A stretch of 56,992 nucleotides of DNA from a virus (Duplodnaviria > Caudoviricetes). The notes under the pieces were generated by a model that ran no database searches, was not told the origin of the DNA, and saw nothing but the letters and a program-made list of their open reading frames with translations. Position 1 is the stretch's first letter. Every line of letters starts with the position of its first letter. Below, in pieces: positions 37,403 to 46,761 of the stretch. Location of the stretch: IMG/VR virus record IMGVR_UViG_3300032238_000317, positions 1-56,992 of that record; one strand, 5' to 3'. The position numbers were made by a program, and so were the translations under genes.

Positions 37403-37846
37403 TTAATTGACTCCGTTGATGAACTTTCTCCATGCAATGGCATCACGAATATGCCATTGTAGGTTATTGATTGCTTTAATTGCTTGCTCAAGGTAGTCTA
37501 CTTTTTCTTGCTGTAGAGATACCTTGGAATCAATTGCAACCATTTCTGCATCGGATTCAATATACATGTCCACATCTTGCTTGAGAATTTTTAAATTAAA
37601 TGGTTCAAGACCCTTTTTCTCCAAGGTATCCGCATCCATTTTACCCGTATAGTATTCCCATTTTTCTCGCAGTATTGTTCTTCGCTTCATGCGATATGAT
37701 TGCAATAGCAATTTCTCATCATGATAGAAGTTCAAATACTTATTATGAATCTGAGGAATACGAAGGGATTCCGTATCCAGTTCTGCGTCATTGATACGCA
37801 GATCCTTTTCCAACATTGTTTTAAGTGTTTCTATATCTATAGCCAT
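37403..37846 (-). CDS. uvsY: Recombination mediator UvsY
   Basis: DLRIND..LDTESLRIPQIHNKY, WEYYTGK, IRDAIAWRKF; synteny with uvsW. Confidence 0.92.
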   Translation of the reverse strand: MAIDIETLKTMLEKDLRINDAELDTESLRIPQIHNKYLNFYHDEKLLLQSYRMKRRTILREKWEYYTGKMDADTLEKKGLEPFNLKILKQDVDMYIESDAEMVAIDSKVSLQQEKVDYLEQAIKAINNLQWHIRDAIAWRKFINGVN

Positions 37847-37853
37847 AATTTAA

Positions 37854-37881
37854 AGTATACACTATTGCAAATAAAAGTCAA
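37854..37881 (-). promoter_or_regulatory. Sigma70-type promoter TTGACT-N16-TATACT upstream of uvsY
   Basis: 7 nt to the ATG at 37846; no SD. Confidence 0.7.
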
Positions 37882-38429
37882 GGAGTTGCTGTGGAAACTG
37901 GGAACTCAAAATTATCATCTTTATGAATCATCGTGAAACCAGAATAAGAAAATACAACAGTAGCGGTGATGTTTGATGCATCGGACGAACTTGCATCAAA
38001 GGTAACACCAGACAATGTTTTTGGCCAGCATTGCTTGTAGTTGACTTCCATCATTCTATTTGATTTATTACTCAAGATATTTAAAGTTATATCCGAGTAA
38101 ATATCTTTTTCTGGTTGTATCACTTGATCAAAAGAACGAGTAGGGACGATACGAGTCATCCAATCATACAACTGCAACCAATTCTTCATGTCTTCGGTTA
38201 CTAGAAATGTAACTTCCAGATCATCATAGTTGATTGTGGTTGCTGGTCTTTTGATTGCTGTATAGTAACTGGGTTGAACAAATTCTGGGATTTCAACGCC
38301 AGGTAAATTGATACTTTGACAAAAATATTCCAAATAAGGATACTTATGCAAAGTCAATCTGTACTTATTGACCTGAAGCAGATCAATTGTTTTTGGTTGA
38401 CGCTGTAAACCAACTGGTTCTGTTGCCAT
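37878..38429 (-). CDS. gp3: Tail completion / tube terminator protein (T4 gp3-like)
   Basis: YFCQSINLPG, YDDLEVTFLVTEDMKNW, WPKTLS; position between gp23 and uvsY. Confidence 0.85.
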   Translation of the reverse strand: MATEPVGLQRQPKTIDLLQVNKYRLTLHKYPYLEYFCQSINLPGVEIPEFVQPSYYTAIKRPATTINYDDLEVTFLVTEDMKNWLQLYDWMTRIVPTRSFDQVIQPEKDIYSDITLNILSNKSNRMMEVNYKQCWPKTLSGVTFDASSSDASNITATVVFSYSGFTMIHKDDNFEFPVSTATP

Positions 38430-38455
38430 GTGATGCTCCTATAAAAGTATGTAGA

Positions 38456-38488
38456 TAAAAGAAAAGAGCGGATGTTTAGTCCGCTCTT
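38456..38488 (-). terminator. Rho-independent terminator after gp23
   Basis: AAGAGCGGA/TCCGCTCTT 9-bp stem (38464-38488) followed on the minus strand by TTCTTTT. Confidence 0.85.
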
Positions 38489-38516
38489 CCCTTTAACTAT
38501 CAGATAGAATTAACTA

Positions 38517-39962
38517 TCAGGTTCCACCGTAGGATGCGTCATTACCGTGGAGGTTATCGACGCGGAACAGACGGTAGTATGGGTTAACTCTGCGTGTGAG
38601 AGTTTCACCGTCGTTACCAGATGTGAGTACTGGTGTACCGTCAGAGTTGATACTCTTGGTTACGAATGGGTTGGATACCAAGCCGTAACGAGTCTTGAAA
38701 CCAATCTTTGGTTGGAAGGTTGTTGTATCAACTGCGCGTACCATTTGTAGAGGTACATATGGGCAGTAGAACACACCAGCGTCATAAGGAGATGTTCCCT
38801 TATAACCAACGCATACGAAGTTGGTGTTTGTTGCGGAATATGGATCTACATAAACCTTAACGCGACCACCGTGCATGGTTCCTACCAATGTGTTGCCAGT
38901 AACATCAACATTCATACCTTGGTTGAATACTGGGGAGAAGTCCAAGATACCACTCATGGAGAGAGCAGATGCAACATCTGGGGAGCAGACGATGAAGTTA
39001 CCCTTACCACGACGAGTGATTCTTGCGATTTCATTGCATTCGCGTTCGATTTGGAAGGTCAAACCACGGAACTTTTCTGCACTCCAACGACCATCGGAAT
39101 CCTTCTCAAGGTCGTATACGCCACCCTTGAGGGAACCAAGTGCTGCTGTTGTGTTGCAAGCGAGATCTGTTTGCTTGCATCCGAGTTGAGCGACATCATA
39201 GATTGTTCTTACGAGTTCGCGGTTGATTTCAAACATGATCTCTGTGGAGAGAATGTTTGCCAACTCTGTTTCTGCGTCAAGACCGTGTACTGCCTTGAGG
39301 TCTTGTGCGAGTTCTGTTGTGTATTCTGCCTTGAGTGCGCGAGACTTAGCAACAACAGATGTCTTTTCGATGTTGAAAGACATTTCTGCGAAACCAGCAC
39401 CACTGAATGCACCTTCAACGGATGTGGTTGCAGCAGGACGACCTGGATCGAATACACCTGCTTGTGTGGTTGCAATATCGTTAGCAAAGAGATCTGCCAT
39501 TGTACCAGAAGCAGTTGTACCACCAGCGGTTGCACCACCACCAGAGTAACCAGAGTTTGCTTCGTTATACAATGCTTCTGTACCGTTTCTGTAACCAGTA
39601 CCGTCTACGCCATTGTAGCGAGAACGCATTGCAAAGATAAGTCCTGTTGGACCTGTCATTGGTTGAACACCAGCAATGTCGTATGCCATTAGATTTGGCA
39701 TTGCGCGGCGAACGAGACTGATGAGTACTGGATCGAAGGAGTCGATACCAGCTGTTGCTCCAGAGGTTGCTCCAGAACCAGCGGATGTGAATCCTGTGCC
39801 GAGTGTACCTTGTACAGACTCAGTGAGTGCGCGTTGTTGGTTCTCAAGAAGAATAGTTGTTACTGTCTTCTTGTAGTTGTCCTTGATCTCTGGAAGAGCA
39901 GCGTGTTCTACGACTGGCTTCCACTTATTCTTTGTGCTTTCTGATAGAAAAATCCCTGACAT
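38517..39962 (-). CDS. gp23: Major capsid protein (T4 gp23)
   Basis: LLENQ, DPVLISLVRRAMPNL, GVQPMTGPTGLIFAMR, SRALKAEYT.ELAQDLKAVHGLDAE, FYCPYVPL, FQPKIGFKTRYG. Confidence 0.98.
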   Translation of the reverse strand: MSGIFLSESTKNKWKPVVEHAALPEIKDNYKKTVTTILLENQQRALTESVQGTLGTGFTSAGSGATSGATAGIDSFDPVLISLVRRAMPNLMAYDIAGVQPMTGPTGLIFAMRSRYNGVDGTGYRNGTEALYNEANSGYSGGGATAGGTTASGTMADLFANDIATTQAGVFDPGRPAATTSVEGAFSGAGFAEMSFNIEKTSVVAKSRALKAEYTTELAQDLKAVHGLDAETELANILSTEIMFEINRELVRTIYDVAQLGCKQTDLACNTTAALGSLKGGVYDLEKDSDGRWSAEKFRGLTFQIERECNEIARITRRGKGNFIVCSPDVASALSMSGILDFSPVFNQGMNVDVTGNTLVGTMHGGRVKVYVDPYSATNTNFVCVGYKGTSPYDAGVFYCPYVPLQMVRAVDTTTFQPKIGFKTRYGLVSNPFVTKSINSDGTPVLTSGNDGETLTRRVNPYYRLFRVDNLHGNDASYGGT

Positions 39963-39990
39963 GTTAATTCTCCTTAATAGGTTTCTATTT

Positions 39991-39998
39991 TATTTATA
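39991..39998 (-). promoter_or_regulatory. gp55 late promoter TATAAATA upstream of gp23
   Basis: Exact T4 late consensus, followed by an AAGGAG SD. Confidence 0.85.
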
Positions 39999-40003
39999 AA
40001 ATT

Positions 40004-41155
40004 TTAGTTTTGAAGGGTTCTGCTGAGTATATCGGAATACAGTTTGATGTATGGGTCATTGATATTGTTATCTTCGGAAGAATCTTCTTCAATGACTGTT
40101 TCTTCTACAAGATATTTATTATTATCTTGTTTTACGGTATTCTTTGCATTTTCTGTGATTGAGGATCCAGATCTCTTGATGTTTTCTACGAGAGTTTGAA
40201 TCTTATCTCTGAAATCATCTTCTGATTGGAATTCAAGATTTTCTGCGAGTTTTGAAATCTTATCGACTTGAACATCGGTGAGATTCTTGGTTTCTTCGGT
40301 GAAGATACCAACTGCACGAACTGCCTTATTTTCATTTACCAATTCAACATTTCGTGCGAGTTCTTCGTTGACTCTACCTTCAAGTTCTTCGATGGTTTGT
40401 GCCATCTCGTCAAACAAGTTTGTCTTGTTTTGTGGAACTTCGATGTAGGATTCAACAAAGAGATCCTTGAGTTTACCGATAAAGTTTTCTGCGATTTCTG
40501 TACGAATACCAGACTCTACTGCGAGTTTGTTTTCGTTCATCCATTCATCAACAACATAGTTGAGATAAGAATCTACCTTTTCGGTAAGTTCTTGCTTTAC
40601 ATCTTCAACTTCTTGTGTGAATGCTGTTTCGTATTGTTCGTGAATTTCCTTGATAACTTCTTCTGCTTTTGCCATTACTGCTGCTTCATAAATTGAACCA
40701 GCCTTAGAGACAAACTCTTCAGAAAGATCTTCACTACCAAAGATGCTCAGAATATCTTTGCGAACTTGTTCTTCGCTCATTGCAGATGCGCCACTTGTGG
40801 CAAAAGATGGTTTCATGGAAATAGAAGCACGATTTTGAGCGGAGTTATCTTGATAGTTCATTGTATCAAGTTTTGTTTGTCCGCCATGAGCATCTACAGA
40901 TGTTTGACCATGTGCAGATTGAACGAGTTGGCCAGGTGCTGCTTTACCAAATGCTGCTGGTTTTGAAGCAACAGAAGCACGGTTTTGAGCTGCTTGATTG
41001 CCTTGCTCTCCACCTTGCTCGTATCCACCCTCTTCATGCTCTTCGTGTTCTTCTTCTTTGGTTTCTTCTTGTTCGTGCTTGTCTTCAGAAAGCACATCTA
41101 GTTCTTCATTAACTAGAGAATCTATTAGTTTTTTTGCTGCTAAAACAGGATCCAT
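40004..41155 (-). CDS. gp22: Prohead core scaffold protein (T4 gp22)
   Basis: LSEEF..KA..IYEAAV, VDSYLNYVVDEWMNENKLAVESGIRTEIAENF; synteny. Confidence 0.92.
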   Translation of the reverse strand: MDPVLAAKKLIDSLVNEELDVLSEDKHEQEETKEEEHEEHEEGGYEQGGEQGNQAAQNRASVASKPAAFGKAAPGQLVQSAHGQTSVDAHGGQTKLDTMNYQDNSAQNRASISMKPSFATSGASAMSEEQVRKDILSIFGSEDLSEEFVSKAGSIYEAAVMAKAEEVIKEIHEQYETAFTQEVEDVKQELTEKVDSYLNYVVDEWMNENKLAVESGIRTEIAENFIGKLKDLFVESYIEVPQNKTNLFDEMAQTIEELEGRVNEELARNVELVNENKAVRAVGIFTEETKNLTDVQVDKISKLAENLEFQSEDDFRDKIQTLVENIKRSGSSITENAKNTVKQDNNKYLVEETVIEEDSSEDNNINDPYIKLYSDILSRTLQN

Positions 41156-41192
41156 ATCTTAATCTCCTTAATTTCTATTTGTATTTAGTTTT

Positions 41193-41837
41193 TTATAAAT
41201 TTGAAAGAAAAGACTTGAAAACTCGTAATTTTGCTTCCTCAAGTTTACGAGATGGTGTATTTTTTATTTGCTTCTGCCAATCAGCAACTTGCTGTTCGCG
41301 CAGTACACCGTTATCCCAAACCCACGACTTTCCTTCCATTATTCCGTTAACGAATGCATTTGGCGCAGATGGATCTGCTACAATGTCCACAGCAGCAAGC
41401 ATGAAGTCTTCTTGTACCATATTGACTCCATTCATTTGCTTTAGTGAACCCATGCCTCTGGAAGAAACACCGAGTTTAACGCCACTATCAATAAGATTTT
41501 CTACGATCTTACCATATGGTGTTCCAAGGATTTTTGCTTTACCAATAACATCATTACCACTTTCCTTTAAATTGGTAATAATATGGGAAACTCTTTCTAA
41601 GTTTACCGTTGGTCCCTCTGGATGTCCTAATTCACCTAACGCTCTATTTTCTTTAATGTAAGATTGGTTATAGCGAGCAACTTCATTTACGAGAATATCT
41701 CTTGGGTATATTCTTCCATTTTTATTTTGTTGCTCTGCTTGCATAAAGACACCTTCGATAAAGAGGGTCTTTCTACCTTCTTTTTCTTCGGATAGAACTT
41801 TAAGTTGATTGTCGATGGTTTCGGTGATCAGGTACAT
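41193..41837 (-). CDS. gp21: Prohead protease (T4 gp21)
   Basis: IEGVFMQAE, NGRIYP, ALGELGHP, GVSSRGMGS, DIVADPSAPNA. Confidence 0.97.
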   Translation of the reverse strand: MYLITETIDNQLKVLSEEKEGRKTLFIEGVFMQAEQQNKNGRIYPRDILVNEVARYNQSYIKENRALGELGHPEGPTVNLERVSHIITNLKESGNDVIGKAKILGTPYGKIVENLIDSGVKLGVSSRGMGSLKQMNGVNMVQEDFMLAAVDIVADPSAPNAFVNGIMEGKSWVWDNGVLREQQVADWQKQIKNTPSRKLEEAKLRVFKSFLSNL

Positions 41838-41846
41838 GTTGGTCCT

Positions 41847-42032
41847 TTATTCTTGTTCTTGATCGCATTCTTCACATTCCTCTTCCGTTTCTTCGGAGGG
41901 TTCATAAAGTGAAGCAGCAATTTCTGTTTTTCTACTTTGTAGTTTATCTTTAATCTTATCGTAAAGAGCATCGTGGACTAACTTGCGAAAGTCTTCAGAA
42001 TTATCATTTAGTAAACTATCAATCATTGACAT
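41847..42032 (-). CDS. Small acidic prohead core protein (gp67-like)
   Basis: 61 aa with acidic tail, directly upstream of gp21; TATAAATA at 42050-42057. Confidence 0.6.
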   Translation of the reverse strand: MSMIDSLLNDNSEDFRKLVHDALYDKIKDKLQSRKTEIAASLYEPSEETEEECEECDQEQE

Positions 42033-42076
42033 TTTAAATCTCCTAGAGTTATTTATAATAAATTAATATGTTCACA

Positions 42077-44536
42077 TTAACCGCCAGTACTGCAATTTTG
42101 ATTTGATATTATTACAGAGGATGGGGGTAATGGAGTATCACTTGAGCATCCAGAACCTTGACATTCTGCACTGCATGTTCCATTTTGTATCAAAGCACCA
42201 GATGAGCATTCCACGGTTCCCTGTTCTTCATTTGCAGATCTGTTGCAGCAAGAGCAAGGATCTGTAATATTTGCATAATTTGAAGAGGAACTATCAATCA
42301 AACGGGGTTTATTGCCTACCATTTCAAAACATTTGTTATTTACTATTTCTGTAAATTTTAACTTGTTTCCTTCGACTGTATCAGATTGATTACAATCCAA
42401 ATAGAATGTATCTGTTCCCATGTATGGAGTAGCGCAAGCACCATATAGTGCGCCAAGTTCTGGATTACAGTTAGTTGTTGAAAATGGTCCTGCCGTATTC
42501 TTCAGATAGCAATTATTTAAACAATCAGTATCTGTAGGTGAGCAACCACATAACATTTCAGCAAGAGTCGTATCGGTATCTGTGCATTTTACATGACTTA
42601 ACAAATAACGAACATCATATGGTTCTTCTGCTAGTTCTAGATTGCAATCCAAAATATCTTGTGGTAAGTATTTTGATTTGAAGCAAGGATCATTGATGTC
42701 ATCATATCCCGTGCATGCCAAGAAATTTTCTTGATTGAAAGTCCATTGATTCAAATCATTTTTCTCAAAAACATTTGAGCAAATAGAATTGCATTGAGGA
42801 TCATTTAAACGGAATGCATTTGAGCAACTATTATCTGGACCTGGTGCAGATAATGAATTATCTACAATAGGATTTTTTGCACTGATCATTCCTAGACCAG
42901 ATTCCACATCATAATACCAAAGTATGGATGTGTTTCTTAGAATTGTATCTGGTTCACCAGTGCAATCCTCATAACATGGAATGTATCCATATGTGCCAGG
43001 TCTTGCGAGTCCATTATCTGGTTTATCACAAGAACAATTCTGATTGATGCATGGTGTCTTGCATCCTGATGTGCATCCAAGGCCTGGTGCAAAAGATTTC
43101 ATTGGTGTTATGCCGATGCTACCACCATATGAACCAATTATTGTACTACCAGAACAGCAACTGTGGAATTTTTCAATAAATGTATATCCATCTGTTGGGG
43201 CAGATTCATTTGAACACGCGCAGTTATTCAACAGATCCATTGTTGGTGGCACGAATGCAATTGCAGAGGAACCATCTTTAAATGTTACTGTTGGTGCATA
43301 TTTTGTTTCATCCCAACCCCACCAGTTCTCCCAGAAATCTGCATCCTGTACTATGCTATTTCCTGCTCCATCATCGGTGATACTTGGTGGATATGCTGGT
43401 CCAATTCCCGCATATGTTCCATTAGAAATTGGAGAAGCAGAATTATATCCACCATATGTGTTGTTAAATTGTCCATTTGTTAAATTTACCAAGAACTGAC
43501 ATGATACTGGCGTATTCTTTGCACATGTTGGACAATCAGCATAACTTTCAATTGCTTCATCTTGCCATACTGTACCACCGCATACGCCTGCTAGAGCGTC
43601 GGATGGTTGACGAGTAAATGAAGATGCGGAGCAATATTTCTTTCCGTTTGATTTCTTAAACAGGAATACTGCTCCAGAAGCATCGTAATCAAAGTTTTCT
43701 ATTCCTGCTGCGTTCATGTAGTATGAACTCAATAATGCATCTGGTTGTTCTTCAAAATCTGTAAATTCTGGACATTCGCTTGTGCCGTATTTTGATAGAC
43801 ATTTCTTTGGATTTATAGAAATTACTGTACCTGTTCCAGCAGAGCAGAATAGAGTTGGACTTGAAGTTGGGCAGCCTGGTGTACCAGATGTTAAGATGGT
43901 AAATGAACCATCTATGATTTCGTTTCCATCATTTGTTGTTAGTCCGAGTAATGGAAATGATGTTGCATTTGCTGCATGATATCCTGCACCATAAACTGCT
44001 CCTGCGGGATACACCATCACAGGTGTTCCTGATATGGAACCTTTTCCATATCCAAAATGAGCATTTGATACTGGGAATGCACCAATTATGTGTCCTGTTT
44101 CACAACCAACCGCAACCATCCACCCACCATTTAATGGATTTGAATAGAAATTATTTGCTTGAAGTCCTATCCAATAACCAGAACCAAGTCCTGCTGTATT
44201 TACAGCAGGATAACCCGTAGTGGACGAACAAGCACAACTTCTTGATGGCGGAGTTGACACACAGGTAAAACATGTGCATGGATTTTCGTAATCCGTGCAT
44301 CCTGGCGCGGGTATAGGAACTGAGCAATTTTCGCATACATCAACAGGAGGATTTGCATTCAATTTAGAACACTTAAAGCAAGTACCTTGTAGTTTGCTAA
44401 GATACGCTTTATCTCTGTGTACTATATCTGGATTTGCAACTTCTTCAGAAGAAGATAATAGAATAGTTATTCTGTTTTTAGCAGTTTCTTTTGCTACTCG
44501 TTTTGGTTCTGTTTTTACTGCTACTACGAAGTCCAT
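42077..44536 (-). CDS. Large cysteine-rich hypothetical protein (819 aa)
   Basis: About 54 Cys by manual count, many CxxC/CxC/CC; no signal peptide; inserted in the head gene cluster. Confidence 0.75.
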   Translation of the reverse strand: MDFVVAVKTEPKRVAKETAKNRITILLSSSEEVANPDIVHRDKAYLSKLQGTCFKCSKLNANPPVDVCENCSVPIPAPGCTDYENPCTCFTCVSTPPSRSCACSSTTGYPAVNTAGLGSGYWIGLQANNFYSNPLNGGWMVAVGCETGHIIGAFPVSNAHFGYGKGSISGTPVMVYPAGAVYGAGYHAANATSFPLLGLTTNDGNEIIDGSFTILTSGTPGCPTSSPTLFCSAGTGTVISINPKKCLSKYGTSECPEFTDFEEQPDALLSSYYMNAAGIENFDYDASGAVFLFKKSNGKKYCSASSFTRQPSDALAGVCGGTVWQDEAIESYADCPTCAKNTPVSCQFLVNLTNGQFNNTYGGYNSASPISNGTYAGIGPAYPPSITDDGAGNSIVQDADFWENWWGWDETKYAPTVTFKDGSSAIAFVPPTMDLLNNCACSNESAPTDGYTFIEKFHSCCSGSTIIGSYGGSIGITPMKSFAPGLGCTSGCKTPCINQNCSCDKPDNGLARPGTYGYIPCYEDCTGEPDTILRNTSILWYYDVESGLGMISAKNPIVDNSLSAPGPDNSCSNAFRLNDPQCNSICSNVFEKNDLNQWTFNQENFLACTGYDDINDPCFKSKYLPQDILDCNLELAEEPYDVRYLLSHVKCTDTDTTLAEMLCGCSPTDTDCLNNCYLKNTAGPFSTTNCNPELGALYGACATPYMGTDTFYLDCNQSDTVEGNKLKFTEIVNNKCFEMVGNKPRLIDSSSSNYANITDPCSCCNRSANEEQGTVECSSGALIQNGTCSAECQGSGCSSDTPLPPSSVIISNQNCSTGG

Positions 44537-44546
44537 GTATATTCTC

Positions 44547-45089
44547 TTATCTTGTTACATTTGGTGTAATAATGAATCTTCCTTGTTGAATTCTATAAAC
44601 AACTTTCTTTGGATGGGATATGGTATCTTGTGCATATACGATTTCGATATCGTATAGAGGTTTACCATAATCAATACCTTCCATGTAAATTGCATCAATT
44701 GTAATAATGATGTTTGGATCGGTTTGTGTTGTTCCACCATCCCCTAATTGAATATCAATAGGAAAGGTATCTACACCATATCCAGACACACCATATAGCG
44801 TCAATCCAGAATCAGAAGTAAAACCAATTACATCTGTTGGGGGTGTTATTGGTAATACTGTTCCATCAACACTATCTCTGACTTGCATTCTTATGAATGC
44901 TTTGCATAGACTGTTTCCAGAAGAGTCGATAAAGCGATCTTCAAATCCTTCTGGCAATTGTGCTACTGGAATATAACCATTCTCATCACCTTTAAGATTC
45001 AGAGCATTTCCGTTTTTATCTGCAAGAGTCAGGTACATTCTGAAAGTAGAACCCTGCTCTGCTTGTACATCATAATAGGCTGCTGACAT
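44547..45089 (-). CDS. Small beta-sandwich virion adaptor protein, paralog 2
   Basis: YYDVQAEQGSTF...RMQVR...YDIEI...QGRFIITPNVTR; start set at MSAAYY (GGAG SD upstream). Confidence 0.6.
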   Translation of the reverse strand: MSAAYYDVQAEQGSTFRMYLTLADKNGNALNLKGDENGYIPVAQLPEGFEDRFIDSSGNSLCKAFIRMQVRDSVDGTVLPITPPTDVIGFTSDSGLTLYGVSGYGVDTFPIDIQLGDGGTTQTDPNIIITIDAIYMEGIDYGKPLYDIEIVYAQDTISHPKKVVYRIQQGRFIITPNVTR

Positions 45090-46707
45090 TGAAGTTTGCT
45101 CCTCCGCTTGATGGTGCTGCTTGTGGTAGTTCAGAACCAACCGCTGGTGGTTGTCCACCCGCTGCTACTTGTTGCTGTTGCGAATCAAGTTGCATTGCTA
45201 GTTGCTGTTGTTCCACGCGCTCTTTATTTATTTCATCCTGCATTGCATCTGCTTCTTGTTCTGTCATTTGCAGAATTGTCTTACGAATCCATTTCTCGGA
45301 GAAGAACTTACCAGAGAAATCACCAACATCGCGCAGAATAGAAAGTCTTTCTTTCATCATTTCAATGTTCTTTGACTCGGCAAAGTAAGAATCAGATGAG
45401 AAATCAAAACGAATGTTTTGTGAAATATCTTCCCAATCTTCTTGATTCATTATGCCCTTGGCAAGCAATTGAATTCTCATTATGTTCAAGAACATTTCGG
45501 CAAACTTCATACGAAGTTTTGCAATAAACTTTGTGAACTTAAGTTCGTCACGGGTGATTTCGGATGCTCTACCCATGTTGAATCCATTCTCTGCTTCCAT
45601 TCTGGAAATAGGAATGTTCAATGCTCTATAAAGTTTCTTTTGGAAGTACTTTACATCTTCCATTTCACCGAGGTTTTGACCGCCAGGTAGGGTTTCGATT
45701 GATGTACCTTTACCACCTTCGCGGCGAGGTAACCAATAATCTTCCAACATATGCATGGTGCGACGATCATCACGAACTTCACCTGTTGCTGCATCATAAG
45801 TTACCTTATTGCGGTAACGATTCATGATCTCGCGGAGATATTGTTCTGCTTTATTCTTCGGTAGAGAACCAACATCAATATAGAAGATTCTGCGTTCTGG
45901 AGCGCGAGAGATGCGATAGATTACTACTGCATCTTCGATCATTCTCAGTTGATTGAGTGGTTTGATTACTTTATGAAGGTAACTGTATACTCTCTTGCTG
46001 TTTCTTTCCAAAAGACCAGAATGAACATAACTTACGGAATCTGCGGTAAGACGAATACCTGTTGTATTTCCGTAAGTGATGATTGGTGTGTTTGGAGAAG
46101 GAGAGATGAACTTGTCGTAGTTTGAATATAGGTAATATTCTCTTACTGATTCTACGGTTTGAACTTTGGTAAGTTGATCTGTCTTTTTCTTTATTTCCGT
46201 GATCTTCTTGATCTTGAGAGGATCAATTTGAATGATTTTTTGTATACCTTCTTTTGGATTGTTTTCATCTAATACACAAAAATGATACATTCTTCCATCA
46301 ACATACCATTGACGAAATAGATCGTATCCCTTTTTATTAAAATTTAATAGGTAAAGAATACGATTGAATTCTTCGCTTATTTTCTTTTTAGTCGATGCAG
46401 ATATACCCTTTGCATTATCAAGATCTAACTTGATTAGAGTTCCTTCCACATCTTCAGTTACTGCTTCGTTGACAATATCGTCAATTGCAATTTCAACTTC
46501 CGCATGTCCACTGATTTCACGATACTTACGAATTAGATCTATATCTGATCTAAGATTCGTATCCATATCAATAGCATAACCTTGCGCGTTTCCACCCGCC
46601 TCTAGGATTGTGGAACCGTCCGCAAAGTCTGCTTCTGGTGTTACTGGTTTGTTTTGGATTTCTTATTTCTTTTTACCGAAAGAGAATCCGAAAAATTGAA
46701 TTGCCAT
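45070..46707 (-). CDS. gp20: Portal protein (T4 gp20); likely true start at 46707, with in-frame TAA at 46663-46665
   Basis: AIDDIVNEA, WYVDGR, NQLRMIEDAVVIYRISRAPERRIFYIDVG, EDYWLPRREGGKGT; upstream in-frame MAIQFFGFSFGKKK*EIQNK... with GGAG SD. Confidence 0.93.
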
Positions 46708-46761
46708 TATAAAGCTCCAAGTAAGTTATTACTTGAATATGTATGTCTCACGAACCAAATC

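Noticed and set aside
38871-39692. Long + strand ORFs (also 2504..3112, 15165..15764, 27452..28153 and many shorter)
   Set aside because: Antisense shadows of well-conserved minus-strand genes, with no recognisable motifs; explained by codon bias.
40820-41000. Internal AQNRAS...KP repeat in gp22
   Set aside because: Flexible repeated N-terminal segments are ordinary in T4-like scaffold proteins.
46663-46665. Genome-wide stop-codon reassignment suggested by the TAA in gp20
   Set aside because: TAA and TGA terminate dozens of conserved genes at the expected positions, and the other core genes are intact under code 11.
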